This document shows positions 41,871 to 52,100 of a stretch of 64,000 nucleotides of DNA, one piece after another (position 1 is the stretch's first letter; each line of letters starts with the position of its first letter). A program made the translations under genes and the position numbers. Source of the stretch: Lingula anatina (Eukaryota > Animalia > Brachiopoda); the NCBI GenBank assembly GCA_051362555.1, contig CM120643.1, positions 26,230,848 through 26,294,847 of the forward strand. Direction: 5' to 3'. The notes below the pieces were generated by a model. The model saw only the letters and a program-made list of their open reading frames with translations. It was not told where the DNA came from and ran no database searches.

Positions 41871-44800
41871 CTAGAACAACCATTCTGGGACATATTCAGT
41901 ATATACACGATCTGCAGATCTCTTTTTCAGGGCAACCATGGATGGGAGGTCTTCGTCGGCGGATCTCTTTTTCAGGGCAACCATGGATGGGAGGTCTTCG
42001 TCGGCGGATCTCTTTTTCAGGGCGACCATGGATGGGAGGTCTTCGTCGGCGGATCTCTTTTTCAGGGCGACCATGGATGGGAGGTCTTCGTCGGCGGATC
42101 TCTTTTTCAGGGCGACCATGGATGGGAGGTCTTCGTCGGCAGATCTCTTTTTCAGTGCGACCATGGATGGGAGGTCTTCATCGGCGGATCTCTTTTTCAG
42201 GGCAACCATGGATGGAAGATCTTTGTCGGCGGATCTCTTTTTCAATGCGACCATGGAAGGGAGGTCTTCATCGGCGGATCTCTTTTTCAGGGCAACCATG
42301 GATGGGAGGTCTTCGTCGGCGGATCTCTTTTTCAGGGCAACCATGGATGGGAGGTCTTCTTCGGCGGATCTCTTTTTCAGGGCAACCATGGATGGAAGAT
42401 CTTCGTCGGCGGATCTCTTTTTCAGGGCAACCATGGATGGGAGATCTTCGTCGGCGGATCTCTTTTTCAGTGCGACCATGGATGGGAGGTCTTCGTCGGC
42501 GGATCTCTTTTTCAGGGCAACCATGGAAGGAAGATCTTCGTCGGCAGATCTCTTTTTCAGTGCGACCATGGATGGGAGGTCTTCGTCGGCGGATCTCTTT
42601 TTCAGGGCAACCATGGATGGGAGATCTTCGTCGGCGGATCTCTTTTTCAATGCGACCATGGATGGGAGATCTTCATCGGCGGATCTCTTTTTCAGGGCAA
42701 CCATGGATGGGAGGTCTTCATCGGCGGATCTCTTTTTCAGGGCAACCATGGATGGGAGATCTTCGTCGGCGGATCTCTTTTTCAGGGCAACCATGGATGG
42801 GAGGTCTTCATCGGCGGATCTCTTTTTCAGTGCGACCATGGATGGGAGGTCTTCGTCGGCGGATCTCTTTTTTAGGGCAACCATGGATGGAAGATCTTCG
42901 TCGGCGGATCTCTTTTTCAGGGCAACCATGGATGGAAGATCTTCGTCGGCGGATCTCTTTTTCAGGGCGACCATGGATGGAAGATCTTCATCGACAGATC
43001 TCTTTTTCAGGGCAACCATGGATGGAAGATCTTCATCGGCGGATCTCTTTTTCAGTGCGACCATGGATGGGAGGTCTTCGTCGGCGGATCTCTTTTTCAG
43101 GGCAACCATGGATGGAAGATCTTCGTCTGCGGATCTCTTTTTCAGTGCAACCATTGATGGGAGGTCTTCGTCGGCGGATCTCTTTTTCAGGGCAACCATG
43201 GATGGGAGGTCTTCGTCGGCAGATCTCTTTTTCAGTGCGACCATGGATGGGAGGTCTTCGTCGGCGGATCTCTTTTTCAGGGCGACCATGGATGGAAGAT
43301 CTTCGTCGGCGGATCTCTTTTTCAGGGCGACCATGGATGGAAGATCTTCATCGGCAGATCTCTTTTTCAGGGCAACCATGGATGGAAGATCTTCGTCGGC
43401 AGATCTCTTTTTCAGGGCAACCATGGATGGAAGATCTTCGTCGGCAGATCTCTTTTTCAGTGCGACCATGGATGGAAGATCTTCGTCGGCGGATCTCTTT
43501 TTCAGGGCGACCATGGATGGAAGATCTTCATCGGCAGATCTCTTTTTCAGGGCAACCATGGATGGAAGATCTTCGTCGGCGGATCTCTTTTTCAGGGCAA
43601 CCATGGATGGAAGATCTTCGTCGGCGGATCTCTTTTTCAGTGCAACCATTGACGGGAGGTCTTCGTCGGCAGATCTCTTTTTCAGTGCGACCATGGATGG
43701 AAGATCTTCGTCGGCGGATCTCTTTTTCAGGGCGACCATGGATGGAAGATCTTCATCGGCAGATCTCTTTTTCAGGGCAACCATGGATGGGAGGTCTTCG
43801 TCGGCGGATCTCTTTTTCAGGGCAACCATGGATGGAAGATCTTCGTCGGCAGATCTCTTTTTCAGTGCGACCATGGATGGAAGATCTTCGTCGGCGGATC
43901 TCTTTTTCAGGGCGACCATGGATGGAAGATCTTCATCGGCAGATCTCTTTTTCAGGGCAACCATGGATGGAAGATCTTCGTCGGCGGATCTCTTTTTCAG
44001 TGCGACCATGGATGGAAGATCTTCGTCGGCGGATCTCTTTTTCAGGGCGACCATGGATGGAAGATCTTCATCGGCAGATCTCTTTTTCAGGGCGACCATG
44101 GATGGAAGATCTTCGTCGGCGGATCTCTTTTTCAGGGCGACCATGGATGGAAGATCTTCATTGGCAGATCTCTTTTTCAGGGCAACCATGGATGGAAGAT
44201 CTTCGTCGGCGGATCTCTTTTTCAGTGCAACCATTGACGGGAGGTCTTCGTCGGCGGATCTCTTTTTCAGGGCAACCATGGATGGGAGGTCTTCGTCGGC
44301 GGATCTCTTTTTCAGGGCAACCATGGATGGAAGATCTTCGTCGGCGGATCTCTTTTTCAGTGCAACCATTGACGGGAGGTCTTCGTCGGCGGATCTCTTT
44401 TTCAGGGCAACCATGGATGGAAGATCTTCGTCGGCGGATCTCTTTTTCAGGGCAACCATGGATGGGAGGTCTTCGTCGGCGGATCTCTTTTTCAGGGCAA
44501 CCATGGATGGAAGATCTTCGTCGGCAGATCTCTTTTTCAGGGCAACCATGGATGGAAGATCTTCATCGACGAACGCATGCCTTTTCCGAACAAATGAGAG
44601 CGGAAGGTGAGTCCCGCTCAGGCTTCTTTTTACCGGTTTGGCTAAAAAGAAAAAGATTTCTCATTTATAGAACAAAATAAAAAATCGTAAGTGATAAAAA
44701 TGAATTAATTGATATTATATAAATTATATGAATGAATAAAATAAATAAGATAATAATGTTTGAAAGCGTTTTAAAAGTTGTCGCAAGTAACTAAAAATTA

Positions 44801-45435
44801 TCACTATCATCATCAAAAACGATTTTTCTTAATAGGCATTTGGCCGTCAAAGTTCGGTTGAAGGGACATAAAATTGGTCAACAAGTTTCTATTTTATTTT
44901 TGTTTATCAAAAGTGCGTACAACCAAGATATCGTCATTTTCTTTTATTTCTAAACTCTTAATATTCCATATCAAACTTGTCTTTTTTTTTTTTTTTTTTT
45001 TTGCCTCCGAAGCTGAAGGGATATTTGTCCGAATTGCTCCACCATTAGATCCGCCTTAGATTTGTATATACATGTATAGTACAAAATGTTCATAAACTGC
45101 TTATACAATAGTTTAAAGTTCTCTTAAAAGAGAACCTACGAATGCAAGCGCATATACTCTACAAAAAATAATAATTATATCAAACGCACAATTGGAAGTG
45201 CACAATTGTTGGTGATATTTGGAACAGCTCACATATTGCGAAAAGTGCTGTGTCTAGGCCGCGGGAGGCAGCTGACACACAGAAAAATGACCCAGAGGAA
45301 CATCTAAGAACTGGAGAGATTCACATAATAATAATAATAATAATAATAATAATCAAGTGTTTTTTAATACAACTCACCATTGGACTGGCAGACCAGGAGA
45401 ATGCAGGACGCGATAAGCACGGTTTTCATCCACAT
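41871..45435 (-). CDS. Secreted multi-copy peptide precursor (neuropeptide/RiPP-precursor-like): signal peptide plus 59 KKR-separated DEDLPSMVAL-type peptides; ~940-970 aa
   Basis: Exon 45435-45378 encodes signal peptide MWMKTVLIASCILLVCQSN (donor G|GTGAGT, phase 1). Optional in-frame 78-nt exon 45310-45233. Large exon 44641-41871 (acceptor ttttctttttAG, phase 1) reads KPVKR-SLSGTHLPLSFV-RKR-HAFVDEDLPSMVAL-KKR-(SADEDLPSMVAL-KKR)x58-SADRVYTEYVPEWLF*. Repeat variation is almost entirely synonymous in this frame. Probable 5'UTR exon ends at 45679 (AC|GTAAGT), spliced to the acceptor at 45466. Confidence 0.9.
41910..44567. repeat. 45-bp coding tandem repeat, ~59 units
   Basis: Unit approximately GATCTCTTTTTCAGGGCAACCATGGATGGAAGATCTTCGTCGGCG, head-to-tail with no spacers or indels. 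Confidence 0.98.
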
Positions 45436-46911
45436 AATGCTTATTATCGATATCAGCTTCAAAATTCTGGAAATGAAGCATGAAAAGTTTGAAAATATAA
45501 GTCATACAATCAACACCTTTCCCACAGCATTCTTAATAGTTCACTTACTAACGGTCGCGCTGTTCTCGAATATTTCAGTTTTTTTCGGTAAACAACAAAA
45601 TTAATTTCTGCAACGTTTCTATTTGAATTCTAACGCTAACAATTAGGATTAATACGTGTAAAAAGTTCCACCACTTACGTTTTCTTAAACAGCTACTCGG
45701 GTTTTCTGGTTGTCCACAAGATCAGTTCTCTCTCTTTTTTTCTCCCTCTCTCTCTCTCTGTCACTCTTTCTGTCTCCGCCGATGAAGATCAGTATTACAG
45801 CAGTGTGCGTGAGCCGTGCCTTATGTACAACGCCAGCCAGCCCCAGCTGTCACTCAAAGTTTGACTGACAGGCCCTGGATGACCCAGTGGTTAAGATCTT
45901 TTATATCCGCTTTTCGTAGAAAAGTCCTGCGACAAATCTATTTGAACAAACTAATGAGAGTTGCGCACGGTCCTTTGCTCTGATTCGTGGACGCTTATCT
46001 TACTTCCTTGGCTACGTTAATTATATTTACATACCCATAACCATCAATCCTCTTGAGAAACATTATCTATTTTAATTTGAGTTCATTTCACCGCTCAAAA
46101 TAAAAAAGAACTCAGGTCGATGCAGCAAAATAGAAAGAAGCGCTAGTGAAAAAACTATAGCAAAAGATCGTAATAGTGTCATTAGCCTAGCTTCTTGTAG
46201 CAAGAAATATTTTATGTTTGTTTTAACATCTGAACACGGCTTGTTCCAGATGCAGACGGCTGGGTTGCTCTCCGCAGCTGAAAATTCACCTGAAAATTCA
46301 CCATTTTCCAATATTTTCGATTACCGATTTTGCGGATGTAAGAGACAAACTTTTCAGAGGAGGGGATGTATCCTGGATATTTTTATGAGACAAGAAAGGG
46401 CAATATTGTTTTCAGAAGTCAGATTAAGAAGCAATCACCGTTTAGTAAAATCAAAAGCAGGTCAACAACTTCTAGCACGCTAGAATGCAATGTAACTTAT
46501 GTTGCGAGTGAGTTATGTAAGGTTGAAATACAGCTTCACCTCTCCTGTTCATTCGATTAAAACTGGTCTATTGTTGATTCGTTGAGTGGCGTGAGCACCA
46601 GTAATTTACAAAGAAAATGTATTGGCGCATTTTCCAGTGTGAGTTTGTCTATAAGGGGGGGGGGGGGGGTGTAGGTAATTTCAAATAGTGTGTCAATTTT
46701 ACTAAAGATCCAAAGAACGTGTTGTCGGTTATCTGTGACTTTACTTAATCCCCTTGATGTTCGTAGTCTGTTCGTCTTGTAATTCCTTGTGTATATTTTT
46801 TCTTAGTTCAGCGTTATCATGGTTATTTCTCAGCTTAGGAATTAACACTTAAAGGTAAGTTGTAAATAGTAGGTAGCATAGCTATTTCCATGACCCCATT
46901 CCCATACCTAG

Positions 46912-47117
46912 ATCGATCTAACAGGATCGACCTATCTCCGATGGGATTCTCGCTAAATTGCATTCAGTTATGGCGGCTTAGATGTCAGGCATGTCTATTG
47001 AAGCTGCTAAATGATAGTTAATTACCCCCTCATAGCTTCAGTAGGCGTGCAAGATATCAGAGCCCCTTAAGCTGAATGTAACTTAGCGAGAACCCCCGGA
47101 GATGGGTCGATCCTGCT

Positions 47118-47125
<8 letters not shown>
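46912..47125. repeat. Imperfect long inverted repeat (foldback/MITE-like hairpin)
   Basis: Arm 46912-47006 (ATCGATCTAACAGGATCGACCTATCTCCG...TCTCGCTAAATTGCATTCAG...TGAAGCT) matches the reverse complement of 47033-47125; ~26-nt loop. Confidence 0.85.
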
Positions 47126-47191
<66 letters not shown>

Positions 47192-47457
47192 AATGTGTGT
47201 GCGTGTGGGGGGGGGGGGTGGGCGGGGGTTGTAACTCGCATAAATAATTATATGCAACTCGTCAACCTTGTTTTTTTTTTATTTCTTTCCTTTATCATTA
47301 TCAATTTTATGTTTTCGAGTCAAGAATGCATCAATTACCAAATCACACACAACAGCTACGACGCTGACCCAGTGTCCCATATACCGACCTTCGGTATTTA
47401 CGTATGTGGACTTGAAATTCTCCGAGGTGCAGGTTGTTTACTCTGAATCCTGCTTAT

Positions 47458-47581
47458 TTTGTGTCCTGTTTCTGCAATGTTTGTTTCTTCCGCGTTTGCA
47501 GCAAAACAAGCTTTGTGTCCTGTTTCTGCAATGTTTGTTTCTTCCGCGTTTGCAGCAAAACAAGCTTTGTGTCCTGTTTCT
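47458..47581. repeat. 54-bp tandem duplication (2 full copies + partial)
   Basis: TTTGTGTCCTGTTTCTGCAATGTTTGTTTCTTCCGCGTTTGCAGCAAAACAAGC repeated identically. Confidence 0.92.
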
Positions 47582-47650
47582 AGTTTTGAACACTGTTGCA
47601 CTTGTTTTAAGACAGTTTTATTAACCTTTAAAGGTTGCCGATTAAAATCC

Positions 47651-47701
<51 letters not shown>

Positions 47702-48278
47702 CATTGCTTTGTCAATACGAGTGGTCTATTGCGCCATTAAAACAGTTTTTGGACGGTAAAGGCTGAGCCATTCGTTATCTCTCTCGGATCTCAGTGGACA
47801 TGGGCTCGACCACGGGGTGTAGCACTGGCCAGAACCGATCACTAGAGTCACGCGATCACAGACTTCATACAGTAGCTTTGTGGTAAAACACGATTAAATA
47901 CGCATCACGCAGGAGCTGAGACAACTGAGAGAAAGCTAGGGAGCCATGTCAACACGTAGCTCGTGACAGAGAGCAATGGAAGACCGTTGTTGGTGCCCTA
48001 TACATCAGCTGGGATAAAAGGAATTGATGATGATGATGAACTCATTAGACTGTAAAAAATTAAACATCCAATCTCAGTTTCCTTGTCAGTTTTATTTCTG
48101 ACAGCGAGTAAATTTCGTGGAAAGAAATTAAATGAATTGTCAAAAAGAATAATAATAAGAAGAAGAAAACAAGCAGCGTCCTGTGTCTGAAAATTATTAA
48201 GATGATAATGAGTATATATCACTTCGAGACAGGTTCATACATGTACATTTGTCAAAGTCGGTTAATGTCGTGGTCCCT

Positions 48279-48310
<32 letters not shown>

Positions 48311-49158
48311 TACAAAAAAACAGCTCATTTAAAAGACTCTTCCATTTCCCGACAAACAAAACACACAGAAAGCTACAGAAAATGCAATAAGCTTAATATA
48401 AAATGCAGCGGGGGTGGTGGGGGGGGGGGGGAGGCAGAAGCCTTTTTTAGATGTCCAGGATATGAATTTTACTAATACTCTTTGTAAAGAATTTTCATGA
48501 CGCTTTGTTTCAAGTACAGGTGTGTAAAGAAACCATAAATGTTGTGAACATAATGGCTTTATTATTTACAGTTTAATCTTTATCCTAATCCCATAGCCTT
48601 ATGAAGTTCTTTATATGTTATCAACGTATGTGAATTCTTAACATTTGTCTGAATTATAAAGCCTCTCTCTCTCTCTCTCTCTCTTGTTTGTTTGTTTGTT
48701 TTAAAAGTACACACGCCTTTAGACAACATCTGTGGAAAGGTGAAGGATTCGCCCTTAAAAGCACTCCAAATTCTTCAATCGTAATTTATTTTGACACAAG
48801 ATCCGTGAACCAATGTATTGTGTAGTTCCTTGACCATGAATTTTGCAGCAAAATATTTCCACGAACTCGACTTCAAAACAACATTCTTGCACAACCAAGC
48901 TCTTTTTCAACGGGCTCGTCTTGCTGAAGTCCGCCTTCTGGAAGGAGTTCCTGCACAGCCTCATTTAGAATATAACAGGCCTTCAAAGCGCGCTGGTTGT
49001 TTTCGTACTCTGAACGAGGCTCTGGTATGGATATTGTTTTCACCCTGAGAAGCTCCGCCCACAGGATTGAACGATCTCTGGTTTAAAGGCGGTCAATTTA
49101 CAAGGCGCGCATTTAGTAGTAAGCTGTCGGCTGGCTGGGGCTTTCCATCATTCTTAAC

Positions 49159-52100
49159 ATGTTCAACATTTTAATTTTTGTTTTTACGCTTTTCGCTCTC
49201 TCCTCGGCGGAGACGGACCGTTACGATGTTACTCTGAAGATACCAAACAAAGCTTTTGATGGGGTAAGCGTCTATTGCTTGAATTTTATTTAAGGATTTT
49301 GAAGAATCTAAACCTAGTAAATGAACTGATTTTCTAGTGAACAATATTTTTGAAATAGCATTTCGTATTATGAAAATGTTAAGACGGGAGTACCCCCTCC
49401 CCCAAGTATTGCCTTCTATTTAACAGACTGAATCTTATTTGTCAGATCTCCCAACTATTCCTAGAATTATTTAATTCATTTAAATTCAAGAAATATTTGA
49501 AATTGCTACGCTTCTTCTCTGGCTGCTGTTTATAACAGTAGCACTAAACCACAGAAACCACAGATGATGAATGAAACTTTCATTTGCACAGATCCGTAGT
49601 TTAGAATAAATTTTAACTAATTTGTTTGGTGACTGATTTTGGCTGTTTCTCTTCTGACTTTATCTGACTTCACTGTCGGAAGTAAATGTATAATTATTGA
49701 GTCCATTTATGTAGTCTTTGGCCTCTTTTATGAGAATCCCCCCCCCCCCCTTTGAATGTTCTGGACATGAATATAGAGTCAGCCTTCAAGCAAACATATT
49801 ATTTCGACCTTTACTAGTAAAACTCTCATTAAGCAACACCAATGAAGGCATATCGTCGAGGAGGGGGGGGGCACATGTTCTACCAACCTAAATATTCAAA
49901 TGAATGAAATCAGATTTGAAATCACATGAAAGTCCACTTGATGTTTCACATAGTTACTACTCAGATTGAATTTTTTCTTATTTTTTCTTTATTTCTATAT
50001 TCTGTCATTTCACTTATAGGAAATATGGATGGCCTGCACGACAACGACTCTCAAAGACGTAAAACAGTTTGTCAGTAAGTACATGTAGATGATAAGTTTA
50101 AGTTTTGTAATGCCATGCAAAGAAGAAAACCCACCTCAAGTTATTAAGGGAAGAGAGCGAAGAATTAACAAAATTGTTTTAAAATAAACCCATTATGCAT
50201 CATATTATTCCAGAATGGTAAAACAACATGCAATCGTACACCTGTACATATAACTATAAAGAACAAGGAACTCTACCTCTCTCTCTTTGTGTGTATGCGT
50301 GTAGATGTCTGCGTGTTTTTTTTTTTTTTTTTTTTTTCATCTTGTCAAAACCCATATCAAGTTTCTTATGTTAATGCAGGCTTACTTTCAAAACGACTAT
50401 CATATTAATATTATTTTTTCAGCAAACTTTCAGCCAGTTGCCAACCCTGGGATAGTCCACCATATGAGCATCCACGTGTGTGAAAAACCCTTCTCCACCG
50501 ACCCGTACTGGTGAGTTGAGGGCTTCAAAAAGTTAATTTTTTAACACGAAAGATGACAGTCGACGCATTATTCATAGTATTGTTCAAAGATAGAACAACA
50601 CTCATAAATAAAGTCGTATAGCTGAGAAGATTCTACTGGTTTTGAGATGAATGACAGGAAAGATCACACATTAAAAAGATATCTCATGACTGTCCTAAAT
50701 GAAAATTGCTGAATAAGCTTGATATATTCTTATAATATTATTATCATATTATAATTATTATTATTGCTGTTGTTGCTGTTGTTGTTGTTTTGTTTATTTG
50801 CCTAAGAGGAAAAAATTCCGCATGCCTAATTCAGCCTATTATACGGCCCGGTTTTCGTATTTCAGGGCCTGTGTAGATAAAAACCGGGTATGCGGACCGA
50901 GTGGGAGATTGCCATTGTTTGAGTGGGGACGAGATGCGCCCGGCTGGAAAATACCCGAAGGTGAGCGAAAGCGCACTGGTAGTTGTCACCGGGAGTTACG
51001 TGTGACATTCTGTTTGTAATACTGTTTATTGAACTTTTTTGTCGGTAATTGTCGGATCTATAATTGATAGGATTTTTGTTGCAATAAACAATTTGCATCC
51101 TTGTACCGGTTCCGCTATTGCATGGGCGATGAAAGCGATTTATTTGCCCCTGCTGCCAGCTGCCCTGTTATGGCGAGTGCGGCAACGCGGTCAGTTATGT
51201 AGGTGTTACCAAAAATAACGTGCCTACTCTTCCTGATTGTCCTTTTCCGTGTGACACGGTATTTTAGTTGCAACAATCATTGGTTTGTGTCCAGTGATAC
51301 GATCCTTCAACTTTGAACAGCATCTGGTCATGCTTTGGCGAGGAGGATTCGCGGTTTGCGTTGTTCTTGGCCATTTATTAGGCAAAAGTTTAGAAAAAGG
51401 GTATGAGCTGGGTGTTCAATGTTGCCTATAATTTTTCTCGCTTTATTTTAATTTCTAACCTCTCCAAGTGCATAAATTGAACAGGGTGAAGATCTTCAAG
51501 AATTATATCGCTGGCCGTTTTCAGGGTCTTTCCCAATTATCATTTCCCAATGCCATAATCATCAACTGAGGCCCGCCCGTACCACTCAGTTACCGCGTAC
51601 GTTCAAATATCGCCGTTAAAAAACGCATTTTGGATAATAGCATTCAATTTCCTTATATAATACAGGCCTTTGCCGCTTTTTATACAAGTTAGCATAAATT
51701 TACCGTGTTCATTGAAATAATTCCAATAACACACCTATAAAAGTTCATAAAAAGACACATTTTGGATAAAAGCATTCAATTTCCTTATGAAATGCCTATG
51801 TCACCGTAATACGTAACAAGGTGTGGGATAAGATGCACAGAATGGTAATGTGTCTTGATCACATGGTTTTGAATTCTCAAAACATCACATTGGATTTGAA
51901 GAAACTCATGCGTTTTCGTACGCGGGGCATTTACATTTAATAAACATGTTCTTGAATTCTTAATTAGTAATTAACGTTATCAATCTCTAGGTACACTGTT
52001 TGTCTTTATTTTGTTATTCTCTTTATTTATTTATTTTTCATTTTCATTCATTATTTAATTTATTTTTTCCAGGTTACGGAATTCCTGTAGATCGCGACCA

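Noticed and set aside
41910-44567. CRISPR array or non-coding satellite
   Set aside because: No unique spacers, no cas genes, eukaryotic context, and codon-aware variation.
41855-44680. Two long + strand ORFs (941 aa and 890 aa) over the 45-bp array
   Set aside because: These are shadows of a stop-free 45-bp unit. Unit variation is non-synonymous in these frames but synonymous in the - frame, which also has the signal-peptide exon and KKR sites.
45233-45303. Alternative start MFLWVIFLCVSCLP.. (ATG at 45303, - strand) as the signal peptide
   Set aside because: It ends in phase 2 at the GT donor, which is incompatible with the phase 1 acceptor at 44641.
47195-47740. ORFs spanning the 54-bp duplication and CT tract
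   Set aside because: Low-complexity or repeat-derived; no splice-compatible gene model.
51626-51788. 31-bp direct repeat pair in monooxygenase intron 4
   Set aside because: Local AT-rich duplication with no element structure.
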